Notes: a model not told the origin generated them from the letters alone. A stretch of DNA of 61,293 bases from a virus (IMGVR_UViG_3300030430_001440:1-61293), one strand, 5' to 3'. Positions 8,503 through 18,671 are shown, numbered from the stretch's first letter. Numbers and translations are program-made.

Positions 8503-8566
8503 TTAACTAACTTAGTTAAGTTAATTAATTTAATATATAACTTAATATATAACTTAAATTAATTAA
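8503..8566. promoter_or_regulatory. AT-rich palindromes and direct repeats (candidate operator)
   Basis: TTAACTAA-C-TTAGTTAA; inverted repeat 8521-33/8554-66 around two TTAATATATAAC copies. Confidence 0.5.
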
Positions 8567-8575
8567 TATTAGCTA

Positions 8576-8603
8576 TTGACATTCAGCTAAATATCAGTAT
8601 AGT
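8576..8603 (+). promoter_or_regulatory. Sigma70 promoter, probably giving a leaderless mRNA
   Basis: TTGACA-N16-TATAGT; ATG at 8611; no SD. Confidence 0.65.
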
Positions 8604-8610
8604 TAACATT

Positions 8611-9015
8611 ATGAATACAGAAAAAAAGGTTAGCACGCCTAAAGGTGCTGAGGTTAAAGCAACCAAGAAACAAAATGCTAAAGAAGTAAGAGAAGCTATT
8701 GCTAACATTGATAGTAAAAAAGCTCTTATTGATACTAACTTTGTAGCTAAGTCTGGTTATATACCAAATGCTACTGTGACTTTATTAACCACAGATAAAG
8801 CTTACTTGCTACCACAACAAGCACAATGTTTCATACAAACATTAGCTAGTATAGATGGACATACTGCTACTGTTGATGAGCTATGTGGCGGTGATGTTGC
8901 AGGTGAAAGTTTAGTATATAAACATTCTAATTTTAAAACTGTACAAACAGCTGTTAGAGTGTTTAATCATTATAGAGAAAGATTAGTTAAAGAAGGTTTT
9001 ATAACTGTTAGCTAA
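8611..9015 (+). CDS. Paralog-family protein (putative DNA-binding)
   Basis: C-terminus TVQTAVRVFNHYRERLVKEGFITVS. Confidence 0.8.
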   Translation: MNTEKKVSTPKGAEVKATKKQNAKEVREAIANIDSKKALIDTNFVAKSGYIPNATVTLLTTDKAYLLPQQAQCFIQTLASIDGHTATVDELCGGDVAGESLVYKHSNFKTVQTAVRVFNHYRERLVKEGFITVS

Positions 9016-9041
9016 TTAAATTAACTTACTTATTCATAGTC

Positions 9042-9070
9042 AAGGGCTAGTCTATACTAGCCCTTTTTTT
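9042..9070 (+). terminator. Rho-independent terminator
   Basis: AAGGGCTAG-loop-CTAGCCCTT followed by a T run. Confidence 0.9.
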
Positions 9071-9082
9071 ATGCCTATTATT

Positions 9083-9210
9083 TACTACCCTATACCCCCC
9101 TAGCCTACGCCGCCGTCCGTGCCCTCCGCCGTCCCTTAGTTTCAGCCTCAAAATGCTATCTACTTTACAAATAAGTCCCTAGTGAAAAAATTTTGCAAAA
9201 AAATTTTTAT
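9083..9210. other. Candidate packaging/terminus signal region
   Basis: C-rich tract (TATACCCCCC, two CGCCGTCC copies) then AAAAAATTTTGCAAAAAAATTTTT; lies between terS and terL. Confidence 0.4.
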
Positions 9211-9256
9211 GAATTATACTTTTGCTATGTCTTTAGTTATTTAACAGGAGTCATAC

Positions 9257-9733
9257 ATGAAAAAATTACTAAATATAGTTGGAGCCGTCGCACCCACACT
9301 TGGTACGGCATTAGGCGGTCCACTTGGTGGTATGGCGTCAGGCGTTATATCTAAAGTTTTAGGTGTTGATAATAATCAACAAGCTATAGAACGTGCAATA
9401 CAATCCGCTACCCCCGAACAACTATTAGAAATCAAAAAAGCAGAAAAAGAGTTTGAAGTTAAAATGCAAGAACTTCAAGTAGACGTTTTTAAATTAGAAA
9501 CACAAGATAAACAAGATGCACGGTCCAAGTTTGGTAAAGATTGGACTGCACGTATTATAGGTATAGCTATGATAGGTGGCTTTCTTGGTTATATATTTTT
9601 AGTCACAATTCAACCACCAGAACAAAACAGTGAAGCACTAATTAATTTAGTGCTCGGTTATTTAGGAGGATTAGCTAGTGCAGTAATAAGTTTTTATTTC
9701 GGTGCGTCGCATAAGGATAAAGATAGCCAGTAG
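9257..9733 (+). CDS. Holin-like membrane protein
   Basis: VAPTLGTALGGPLGG N-terminus; two C-terminal TM helices ending in FYFGAS. Confidence 0.6.
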   Translation: MKKLLNIVGAVAPTLGTALGGPLGGMASGVISKVLGVDNNQQAIERAIQSATPEQLLEIKKAEKEFEVKMQELQVDVFKLETQDKQDARSKFGKDWTARIIGIAMIGGFLGYIFLVTIQPPEQNSEALINLVLGYLGGLASAVISFYFGASHKDKDSQ

Positions 9734-9779
9734 ACCGCCGACAAAGAAACTCATTCAACGTTTAAACTACTTTACTTAA

Positions 9780-10982
9780 ATGAGATACGAAACAACTGTA
9801 ACAAAAGAAACCCCTGCGGCAATAGCAGAAGCTATAACTTCCCCCTATGAGGATTTGTTTAATGAATTTGGTGTTCCTTTAGAAAGTCTTGGACCGTTTC
9901 AAAGATTTATTACCGAGCCTGGACTTGTAGGTGATAAAAAGACCCAACGTGAACGATTAGGTAATATTGCATCATTTATACCTTTTGTAGGTCAAAAAGT
10001 AGCACAAGCTAGAGGTGATACATTAGGAGAATATTTAGGTTACTTAGACGCATTAGGTGGAAAATTAGCCGTATCTCCTTTATTAATCGCTAAACAAAAA
10101 AAGTTAAAACAAACATTAAAAGAATTAGATAATGATCCAATACTTAAAAATGATCCAACAGCTAAAACTACTATAAAAAGACAATTAGACGAAACAGAAG
10201 CAGAAATTAAACAACAAAAAGAAGTAGATAAACGGTACGCAAAAATACAAGAAAAACAACGAGAAAAACAGTCAAGAAAATTTTTAGAAGATTATAATCG
10301 TGACGCCTATGCAAGAAGAGCACGGGAAGGTATGGATATTACAGGTTTTGATTTTGAAACAGGTTTAGGTAGAGTTTATCACGGGGGACCTTCTGGTATA
10401 ACTTCATTAAGAACACCTAAATTTGTACTAGATGATATAAATAATTTAAATAAATCTACAGGCGGTATTTATACAGTAACTAGTAAATTTGATCCACGTT
10501 TAACAATGTTTGGAGCAAATGATAGAGCATTTGAAAGATTCGCAAGGTCTAGACCTAAAGAAAGGGTAGATAAACTTTTAGAAGATTTACCACAAAAATC
10601 TATATATGTAGGAAGACCTAACTTTAGTAATATTGCAGATACTATGGATTTACCACCAGAAGTTATTGATCGACTTACTGATATTAGAAATGCAGCCGTA
10701 ACTACAAAAGGTAATCCTTATGATATTGCTTTAAACTCTAGAACTAAAGGAGCTTTAGATATGATTTTACGAAACCCAGAAAGAGGGGCTCCTGCAATGA
10801 TTAATAAAGCTGTAGGCGATGCATTTAGAGAATTAGGGTATGACGCAATACGTTTTCCAACTAGAAAACCAAAAACAGGCGGACAACCTTTAGAAAGCGA
10901 CACGATACTTTCACTTTACGATGAATTATTAAAAGATTTTGACGAAACAACGTTAGCGGAATTACTACAAACTATTGACTAA
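9780..10982 (+). CDS. Protein with a putative ADP-ribosyltransferase (ART-PolyVal-like) C-terminal domain
   Basis: VYHG...GIYT...GYDAI motif order after a coiled-coil region. Confidence 0.45.
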   Translation: MRYETTVTKETPAAIAEAITSPYEDLFNEFGVPLESLGPFQRFITEPGLVGDKKTQRERLGNIASFIPFVGQKVAQARGDTLGEYLGYLDALGGKLAVSPLLIAKQKKLKQTLKELDNDPILKNDPTAKTTIKRQLDETEAEIKQQKEVDKRYAKIQEKQREKQSRKFLEDYNRDAYARRAREGMDITGFDFETGLGRVYHGGPSGITSLRTPKFVLDDINNLNKSTGGIYTVTSKFDPRLTMFGANDRAFERFARSRPKERVDKLLEDLPQKSIYVGRPNFSNIADTMDLPPEVIDRLTDIRNAAVTTKGNPYDIALNSRTKGALDMILRNPERGAPAMINKAVGDAFRELGYDAIRFPTRKPKTGGQPLESDTILSLYDELLKDFDETTLAELLQTID

Positions 10983-12489
10983 ATTAACAGATTTAAAAAA
11001 GATAGATGTATCTCATCTAACTACCCAAGAAGCTAAAGAGTTTACGCTTTTACTAGAAGAACTAGAAAAACGTGAACATCAAATAAAAGCTACTAGTACT
11101 TTTATGGATTTTGTAAAAGGTATATGGGCAGAATTTATAAACGGCGACCATCATGAAAAAATGGCAAAAGCTTTTGATGATATCGCTAGCGGTAAATTAA
11201 AACGTTTAATAATTAATATGCCGCCCAGACATACAAAATCAGAATTTGCATCACATCTGTTTCCTGCCTACTTGTTAGGTAAAAACCCAAAACTAAAAAT
11301 TATCGAGGCGACTCACACCGCAGACCTTGCAATTAATTTTGGTAGAAAAGTAAGGGATTTAATTGATAGCGACGAGTATAAAGACTTGTTTCCTGAAACA
11401 GAACTAAAAGCAGATAGCAGAAGTGCGGGAAAATGGTTAACAAATAAAGGCGGGGAATACTACGCTGCAGGTACGGGAGGTGCTTTAGCGGGTAGAGGTG
11501 CCGATTTGTTTATTATCGATGACCCGCACTCCGAACAAGACGCTATGTCTGATAAAGCATTAGACGAAGCTTACGAATGGTTTATGACAGGACCTCGACA
11601 AAGACTACAACCTGGAGGTGCAATAGTAATAGTTATGACCCGTTGGTCTAAAAAAGACCTTACAGGTAGGTTAATTAAGAAAATGGCACAAGAAAAAGGT
11701 GCAGATCAATGGGAAGTTATTGAATTTCCTGCAATTTTACCTAGTGGAAACCCACTTTGGTCTAATTTTTGGTCAAAAGATGAGCTAGAAAGTATAAAAG
11801 CGTCGGTAAGTCCATCAAAATGGGCGGCACAATACATGCAAAGACCTACAGGAGAGGGTATTTCTATCATACCTAAAGACTGGTTTATGGTTTGGGACCA
11901 AGAAAAACCACCAACTTGCGATTATTTAATACAAAGTTACGATACTGCGTTCTTAAAAAGTGAAAGAGCTGACTTTACAGCTATTACAACGTGGGGTGTT
12001 TTCTATCCAGAGGGTAAAATAGGCGATGAAATCTATAATGGCGACGAAGCCCACCTGATTTTAATAGACTGTATCAAAGAAAGATTCGATTTTCCTGAAT
12101 TAAAAGCAGAAGCGTTACGGTTATACGAATATTGGGCTCCTGATAGCGTAATTATTGAAGCAAAAGGGTCAGGATTGCCACTTATCCAAGAATTAAGACG
12201 TATTGGTATACCTGTAAACACATTTAGTCCAGGAAAAGGGCAAGATAAAATAGCAAGACTAAATTCTGTGTCACCAATTTTCCAAGATGGACGTGTTTGG
12301 GTACCTGATAACCGTTTTGGTGAAGAACTTATGGAAGAAGTTAGTGATTTTCCTGGAGGTGAACACGATGACCTTGTCGATGCTACAACTTTAGCGTTAG
12401 CACGGTTTAGACAAGGTGGATTTTTACAACTTTCGACAGATATGGGAGATACACCTAGTTACTATCCACCTCAAAGGGTTTATTATTAA
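10975..12489 (+). CDS. terL: Terminase large subunit
   Basis: MPPRHTKS Walker A, IIDDP Walker B, RNase H-like SYDTA...HDDLVD. Confidence 0.95.
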   Translation: MTKLTDLKKIDVSHLTTQEAKEFTLLLEELEKREHQIKATSTFMDFVKGIWAEFINGDHHEKMAKAFDDIASGKLKRLIINMPPRHTKSEFASHLFPAYLLGKNPKLKIIEATHTADLAINFGRKVRDLIDSDEYKDLFPETELKADSRSAGKWLTNKGGEYYAAGTGGALAGRGADLFIIDDPHSEQDAMSDKALDEAYEWFMTGPRQRLQPGGAIVIVMTRWSKKDLTGRLIKKMAQEKGADQWEVIEFPAILPSGNPLWSNFWSKDELESIKASVSPSKWAAQYMQRPTGEGISIIPKDWFMVWDQEKPPTCDYLIQSYDTAFLKSERADFTAITTWGVFYPEGKIGDEIYNGDEAHLILIDCIKERFDFPELKAEALRLYEYWAPDSVIIEAKGSGLPLIQELRRIGIPVNTFSPGKGQDKIARLNSVSPIFQDGRVWVPDNRFGEELMEEVSDFPGGEHDDLVDATTLALARFRQGGFLQLSTDMGDTPSYYPPQRVYY

Positions 12490-12516
12490 TAAAATAAAGG
12501 GTATACTGCTGAAATT

Positions 12517-14919
12517 ATGGCTATAGAAAAACAAGCGATACCCCAACCACTTCAACCTGAAGAAGAATTAGAACTAGAAGTACTTCCTGAAGAAAATTTA
12601 GAAGAAACCGAACTTACAATTAACCCAGACGGTAGTGTTAGTCTAGGTGCAGTCGAAGAAAACCTAAATGTTGGTAAATTTGGAGAAAATTTAGCTGAAG
12701 TTATAGACGATAACGAATTAAATACCATAGCACAAGAATTAATACATAGTTACGAAGAAGATTTAGATTCTCGTAACGATTGGTTTAGAACTTATAGTGA
12801 GGGTTTAGATTTATTAGGTATTAACAGCGACAATAGATCAGAACCATTTATTGGTGCATCAGGAGTACACCATCCGATACTTGCAGAAGCAGTAACCCAG
12901 TTCCAAGCACAAGCATACAAAGAAATGTTGCCTGCAGGCGGACCTGTCGATACAGAAGTTTTAGGTGTAACAGATAATGCTAAGTTAGAAAAAGCGAATA
13001 GAGTAAAAAACTTTATGAACTATCAAATAACTTACAAAATGGAAGAATATGACCCAGAAATGGATCAATTACTTTTTTATCTTCCATTATCAGGTTCAGC
13101 ATTTAAAAAAGTTTATTACGACCCTGCCGTAGGACGTGCAGTAGCAAGATTTGTAAAATCTGAAGATTTAGTAGTCCCTTATTACGCTGTAGACCTTCTT
13201 ACATCCCCTAGAATTACACACGTAATACATATGTCGCCGAATGACCTGAAAAAGTTACAAATATCAGGTTTATATAAAGATATGGATATGATGGACCCTG
13301 AAGGTGGTTACGATAATACTGATGTTGATTCAAAAATAGATGAATTACAAGGATTATCAAGAACAGCGAACGACGAAGAATATACTTTACTAGAAATGCA
13401 CGTAAATTTAGATTTAGAAGGCTATGAAGATGTAAATGATGCTGGAGAAGAAACAGGACTAGCATTACCGTATATCGTAACGATTTGTAAAGATAACAGC
13501 AAAATTTTAGCTATAAGACCAAACTACAGTGAAACTGATCCTATGCGTAAAAAGATAGAATATTTTACACATTATAAATTTCTTCCAGGATTAGGTTTTT
13601 ATGGTTTTGGTTTAATACATATGATGGGTGGTTTAACTAAATCTGTAACAGCTATACTTAGACAACTTATTGACGCAGGCACACTAAGTAATTTACCCGC
13701 AGGATTTAAATCAAGAGGTTTAAATATACAAAGACACGATGATCCCCTACAGCCTGGAGAATGGAGAGATGTTGACGCTCCTGGAGGAAGATTACAAGAT
13801 GCATTTTTACCATTACCATATAAAGAACCAAGTGGAACATTAAACGCTTTGTTAGGTGGTTTAGTTGATGCAGGAAAAAGGTTTGCTTCTACTGTAGAAA
13901 ATCCAACAGGAGACGGTAATAGTGAAGCACCCGTAGGTACAACAGTAGCTCTTATGGAAAAAGGACAAAGAATTATGTCTGCTATCCATAAAAGACTGCA
14001 TTACGCACAACGTAATGAATTTAAAATACTTAAAAGGGTTTTTGGTGAATTTTTACCACCCGAGTACCCTTATCAAGTTCAAGGTAATAATGAAAATGTT
14101 TTTAAAGAAGATTTTGATAATAGCGTAGATGTAATTCCTGTTAGCGACCCTAACATATTCAGTATGACACAAAGAATTACTTTAGCACAAACACAACTAC
14201 AAATGGCACAAGCGGCTCCTGATATACATAATTTAAAAGAAGCTTATCGTAAAATGTATATTGCACTTAACGTTAAAGATATAGACGCTATATTACCGCC
14301 CGATGAGGAAATACCACCACGTGATCCTATATCCGAACAACAGTCTGCGATGAAAGGTGAACCTATAAAAGCGTATGATTTTCAAAATCAAGAAGCATAT
14401 ATTGCAGCACATAGTGCATTTTTACAAAATCCTATGATTCAACAAAACCCTGTAGCAACACAAACCATAGGAGCTAATATACAAGAAAGACAAGCAATAC
14501 TTTATAAACAACAAATAGAACAAGCTATGGGTCAACCGTTACCGTCAATGGATGGACCTATGCCACCAGAAGTTATGAATCAAATAGCGATGATGGCAGC
14601 CCAAGCAACACAACAAGTTACAGGTCAAGCACAAGCTATGGCACAGGCACAAGCTATAGCACAACAAAACCCACAAATGGAGATGTTCCAACAACAATTA
14701 CAATTAGAAAAAGAACAATTAGCACAAAAAGAACAAGAAGATTTACGTGATAAAGAAATAGACATGCAACGTATAAATGCTCAAAGAGAAGCAACACAAA
14801 TAAAAGCTGCTGTAGACTTACAAGAATTAGAGGCTAAGACTAAATCTGACGCCGATAAGAACTTTACCGAACTTGTCAAAACAGTTCGAGAGAGTAATAA
14901 TAATCCAAACGGAGAATAA
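12517..14919 (+). CDS. Portal protein
   Basis: 800 aa directly after terL; LPLSGSAFKKVYYD; Gln-rich C-terminal coil. Confidence 0.85.
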   Translation: MAIEKQAIPQPLQPEEELELEVLPEENLEETELTINPDGSVSLGAVEENLNVGKFGENLAEVIDDNELNTIAQELIHSYEEDLDSRNDWFRTYSEGLDLLGINSDNRSEPFIGASGVHHPILAEAVTQFQAQAYKEMLPAGGPVDTEVLGVTDNAKLEKANRVKNFMNYQITYKMEEYDPEMDQLLFYLPLSGSAFKKVYYDPAVGRAVARFVKSEDLVVPYYAVDLLTSPRITHVIHMSPNDLKKLQISGLYKDMDMMDPEGGYDNTDVDSKIDELQGLSRTANDEEYTLLEMHVNLDLEGYEDVNDAGEETGLALPYIVTICKDNSKILAIRPNYSETDPMRKKIEYFTHYKFLPGLGFYGFGLIHMMGGLTKSVTAILRQLIDAGTLSNLPAGFKSRGLNIQRHDDPLQPGEWRDVDAPGGRLQDAFLPLPYKEPSGTLNALLGGLVDAGKRFASTVENPTGDGNSEAPVGTTVALMEKGQRIMSAIHKRLHYAQRNEFKILKRVFGEFLPPEYPYQVQGNNENVFKEDFDNSVDVIPVSDPNIFSMTQRITLAQTQLQMAQAAPDIHNLKEAYRKMYIALNVKDIDAILPPDEEIPPRDPISEQQSAMKGEPIKAYDFQNQEAYIAAHSAFLQNPMIQQNPVATQTIGANIQERQAILYKQQIEQAMGQPLPSMDGPMPPEVMNQIAMMAAQATQQVTGQAQAMAQAQAIAQQNPQMEMFQQQLQLEKEQLAQKEQEDLRDKEIDMQRINAQREATQIKAAVDLQELEAKTKSDADKNFTELVKTVRESNNNPNGE

Positions 14920-14921
14920 TT

Positions 14922-15137
14922 ATGCATAGAAATAAAGACTATCCAAATCCTAAAGCACAAGGAGCAAAACAAAAAATGTCTGTTCCTTCTGCGTTTGAGG
15001 ATACATCAAAGTCTCAAGACGTTAAAGCTGGCGAACTTATAACAGATAATGACGGCAAAGTTGTTGGTCAAGAATCTAAAGTAAAAGCTGCTTACGGACA
15101 GACAAAAGGCTTACTTTGGTACAACTATATTAAATAG
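14922..15137 (+). CDS. Hypothetical protein
   Basis: GGAG RBS; head operon. Confidence 0.7.
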   Translation: MHRNKDYPNPKAQGAKQKMSVPSAFEDTSKSQDVKAGELITDNDGKVVGQESKVKAAYGQTKGLLWYNYIK

Positions 15138-15334
15138 TGGATCATATAAGACTATTGGAGCATTTGCTCCAAAAATATCGTGCGAGAATAGACTCTCTCA
15201 CGCAAACGCTTGCAGCAGGTGGTATTGAAAACTTTGAACAATACCAACGGATTGTAGGTGAAATAAACGGTTTGAGTTTTGCAATAGCAGAACTACAAAC
15301 TATTCATTCTAATATGGAGGATGCAGATGAGTAA
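15137..15334 (+). CDS. Hypothetical head-module protein
   Basis: Overlapping GTG start; YQRIVGEINGL. Confidence 0.7.
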   Translation: MDHIRLLEHLLQKYRARIDSLTQTLAAGGIENFEQYQRIVGEINGLSFAIAELQTIHSNMEDADE

Positions 15335-15770
15335 CAAAAATGTTATTCCAAACACAGTAGATAATTTTGGCAGTAAAGGTAAGGTCAGGGATTTAGAGCC
15401 TGATGAAAACACGATAACGCCAGAAAACTACGAATCTCATGCAGATAAGTTACCACGTCCTACGGGGTATCGTATCTTAATTTTACCATTCACACTGCCT
15501 AGTACAACTAAAGGTGGAATACAACTTGCTAGACAAACTATTGATAAAGAAAGGCTGTCAACAGTTGTAGGACACGTTGTTGCATTAGGTCCAGACGCAT
15601 ACGGAGATACAATTAAATTTCCAGAAGGTCCATGGTGTAAGAAAGGTGATTGGGTCATATTTGGCAGATATGCTGGTGCACGTTTTCAAATAGAAGGTGG
15701 CGATATGCGACTTTTAAACGATGACGAAATACTAGCCGTTGTTGATGATCCAGAAGCAATAATATCATAA
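15327..15770 (+). CDS. groES: Co-chaperonin GroES-like protein
   Basis: PTGYRILI...TKGGIQL...VVALGP...KGDWVIFGRYAG...LLNDDEILAVV. Confidence 0.9.
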   Translation: MSNKNVIPNTVDNFGSKGKVRDLEPDENTITPENYESHADKLPRPTGYRILILPFTLPSTTKGGIQLARQTIDKERLSTVVGHVVALGPDAYGDTIKFPEGPWCKKGDWVIFGRYAGARFQIEGGDMRLLNDDEILAVVDDPEAIIS

Positions 15771-15785
15771 TTAACAGGAGAAATT

Positions 15786-16655
15786 ATGCAAAATAATGAA
15801 GCAGAAAATATAGAACTGGTTTTACCAGAAGAAGAACAAGAAACAACAACAGAAGTTGTTGAAGAAGTTGTTGAAGAAAACGTTCAAACAAAAGATGAAC
15901 TAGATGAAGTAAGTGATAACGTCAAAAAACGTATAGACAAACTTACTTATAAAATGCGTGAAGCTGAACGTCAAAGAGACGAAGCGTTAAACTATGCAAA
16001 ATCAATTAACCACACTAATACAGAATTACAAGAAAAATTAAAAAATTCTGACTCTTCTCTTTTCAAAGAGTACGATAGTAGGGTACAATCAGACATTGAA
16101 AGGGCTAAAATTCATTTGAAAGAAGCCCAAGATGCTGGAGATGCAGAAAACATAGCAAATGCTACTGAAGCATTATCTCGTGCAAGTGCTGAAGCAGAAA
16201 ATTTAAAAAGGCTGCAAGCACAACAAGCGATTAGAGATAAAAAAGCAGAGCAATCTGTGCAATCACATCAAGAACAAGTACAGCTACAGGCAGATACGCC
16301 ACCTGCTCCTGATCCAAAAGCAGAAGCATGGGCTAAGAACAATACTTGGTTTGGTGAGGATACTGTGATGACTTTTGCAGCTTTCGGTATACATAGACAA
16401 TTAGTTGAAGAACAAGGATATGACCCAACCTCAGATGAATATTATAAGGAAGTAGATAAACAGATGAGAAAAAACTTCCCAACAAAGTTTTCGCAAGAGC
16501 AACAAGCCCCCGTGCAACAAGTTGCTGCCTCGACTCCTGGAGTCGCAGGTAAGAAAGGTGCACGCAAAGTAAAACTGACACCTAGTCAAGTAGCTATTGC
16601 TAAAAGACTCGGCGTTCCATTAACAGAATATGCAAAGCATATTGAAGGAGTATAA
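15786..16655 (+). CDS. Capsid scaffolding protein (putative)
   Basis: Acidic coiled-coil upstream of the capsid gene; C-terminal LTPSQVAIAKRLGV. Confidence 0.65.
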   Translation: MQNNEAENIELVLPEEEQETTTEVVEEVVEENVQTKDELDEVSDNVKKRIDKLTYKMREAERQRDEALNYAKSINHTNTELQEKLKNSDSSLFKEYDSRVQSDIERAKIHLKEAQDAGDAENIANATEALSRASAEAENLKRLQAQQAIRDKKAEQSVQSHQEQVQLQADTPPAPDPKAEAWAKNNTWFGEDTVMTFAAFGIHRQLVEEQGYDPTSDEYYKEVDKQMRKNFPTKFSQEQQAPVQQVAASTPGVAGKKGARKVKLTPSQVAIAKRLGVPLTEYAKHIEGV

Positions 16656-16656
16656 A

Positions 16657-17157
16657 ATGACAGATGATATTATAAAAACTGAAGTCGTCACAGACAGAAA
16701 CTCTAGGTCTGCAGAGACACGAGACTCTCAAACTCGCAGTAAACCTTGGACACCCCCATCTATGTTAGATGCACCCGAAGCACCTCCTGGATATCAATTC
16801 AGGTGGATACGTGAATCAACTAGAGGCAACGATGATAAATCTAATATGTCTAAACGTATTAGAGAAGGATATGAGCCTGTAAGAGCAGAAGATTATCCTG
16901 ATTTCGAAGCACCTAGTATTGACCACGGAAGAAACAAAGGGGTTATTGGTGTTGGAGGACTAATACTTGCAAAAGTTCCTGTAGAAACCGCAAAATCAAG
17001 AAATGATTATTTTACGCAGCAGGCGAAGTCTGCAATCGACGGTGTTGACCAGAATCTTATGCGAGAAAGTGACCCTAGAATGCCTTTGAAACCAAGTGAT
17101 ATTCAAAGAAGTACTAAGGTCGAATTTGGTAGTAGGAATAATTCTGACAAGGGTTAG
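16657..17157 (+). CDS. Hypothetical head-module protein
   Basis: PPGYQFRWIR...REGYEPV; start at ATG after AAGGAG. Confidence 0.7.
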   Translation: MTDDIIKTEVVTDRNSRSAETRDSQTRSKPWTPPSMLDAPEAPPGYQFRWIRESTRGNDDKSNMSKRIREGYEPVRAEDYPDFEAPSIDHGRNKGVIGVGGLILAKVPVETAKSRNDYFTQQAKSAIDGVDQNLMRESDPRMPLKPSDIQRSTKVEFGSRNNSDKG

Positions 17158-17208
17158 GATAATTTCGACGATTAATATTAACTATAATAAAACTTAGGAG
17201 AAATCAAC

Positions 17209-17748
17209 ATGGCAAATACAAACGCCCCTGATGGTTTTACCCCTGCGTATCATATTTATGGTGGTGTTATTCGTCCTGCAAAGATGAGAATCGCAAGTGG
17301 TTATGGCACTTCCATATTTAGTGGAGATGTTGTTACTCTTTCAAGCGGTTATGTACAACAAGCAGGAGCGACTGATACACCTGTAGGTGTGTTTTACGGG
17401 GTATTTTTCACAGCGTCTGATGGTGAACCTACGTTTTCTAAAGTGTGGACAGGAAGTACCGCAACACTAGGTAGTGCTGACGCCGAAGCTTTAGTATACA
17501 ATGACCCTGGAATTGTATACGAAGCACAATTTACAGCTGGAACTCCAGCAGTAAGTTTTATCGGTAACAAATACACTCTTTCTACAACTGCTGGTAGTAC
17601 AGTTACTGGTAGGTCTAAAGAGGGTGTTACAGCAACTACATCAAGTGGTGTGGCATTATGTGTAGGCTTTGCGTCAAACCCAAGCAATTCGATTGGTGCT
17701 AACGCAAGAGCTCTATTCACGTTCCCAACAAACACTTTTGCAGTCTAA
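17209..17748 (+). CDS. Putative capsid decoration/minor head protein
   Basis: Small-residue-rich beta protein directly before the capsid gene. Confidence 0.55.
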   Translation: MANTNAPDGFTPAYHIYGGVIRPAKMRIASGYGTSIFSGDVVTLSSGYVQQAGATDTPVGVFYGVFFTASDGEPTFSKVWTGSTATLGSADAEALVYNDPGIVYEAQFTAGTPAVSFIGNKYTLSTTAGSTVTGRSKEGVTATTSSGVALCVGFASNPSNSIGANARALFTFPTNTFAV

Positions 17749-17762
17749 TATAGGAGAATAAC

Positions 17763-18671
17763 ATGGCAATTAACAGAGCACAACTAGTCAAAGAGCTAGT
17801 TCCTGGCTTGCACGCTCTCTTTGGATTAGAATACGACAGTTATGAAAACCAACATGAAGAAATCTTCGACACAGAAAGTTCAGAAAGAGCTTTTGAAGAA
17901 GAAGTTATGCTTTCAGGTTTTGGCGAGGCACCGACTAAAGGTGAGGGAGCTGCTGTTGTTTATGATACTGCACAGGAATCGTTTACATCTAGGTACTCAC
18001 ATGAGACTATAGCCTTAGCTTTTGCATTGACAGAAGAAGCGATAGAGGATAATCTTTACGATACTCTTTCTTCAAGATATACAAGAGCACTAGCAAGGTC
18101 GATGAATACTACAAAGCAAGTTAAAGCAGCTAATGTTTTAAACAACGCTTTTAATTCATCTTTTGTTGGAGGCGATGGTAAAGAGTTGTGTGCAACTGAT
18201 CACCCAACTGTAGGTAACATTGATTTAAGAAATGAATTATCTACAGCTGCGGATTTAAACGAAACTTCTTTAGAACAAGCATTAATTGATATTGCTGACT
18301 TTAAAGATGAAAGAGGTTTAAAAATCAATGCACAAGCAACTAAACTTATAATTCCACCAGCACTACAATTTGTTGCTGATAGACTTATGGAGTCTCCTGG
18401 ACGTGTTTCAACATCAGATAACGATATCAACGCAATCAGAAATATGGGTATGGTCCCACAAGGTTACGTTGTTAACAACTATTTGACTGACACAGACGCA
18501 TTCTTCCTAAAAACAGATGTCCCTAATGGCTTAAAACATTTTGTAAGAACACCAGTACAAACAAGTATGGAAGGTGATTTCGAAACAGGTAATGTTAGAT
18601 ATAAAGCTAGAGAAAGATATAGTTTTGGGTTTAGTGATTGGAGAGGTATTTTCGGCTCTCCTGGAGCGTAA
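17763..18671 (+). CDS. Major capsid protein
   Basis: MAINRAQLVKEL.PGL.ALFGLEY...FETGNVRYKARERYSFG; followed by a terminator. Confidence 0.9.
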   Translation: MAINRAQLVKELVPGLHALFGLEYDSYENQHEEIFDTESSERAFEEEVMLSGFGEAPTKGEGAAVVYDTAQESFTSRYSHETIALAFALTEEAIEDNLYDTLSSRYTRALARSMNTTKQVKAANVLNNAFNSSFVGGDGKELCATDHPTVGNIDLRNELSTAADLNETSLEQALIDIADFKDERGLKINAQATKLIIPPALQFVADRLMESPGRVSTSDNDINAIRNMGMVPQGYVVNNYLTDTDAFFLKTDVPNGLKHFVRTPVQTSMEGDFETGNVRYKARERYSFGFSDWRGIFGSPGA

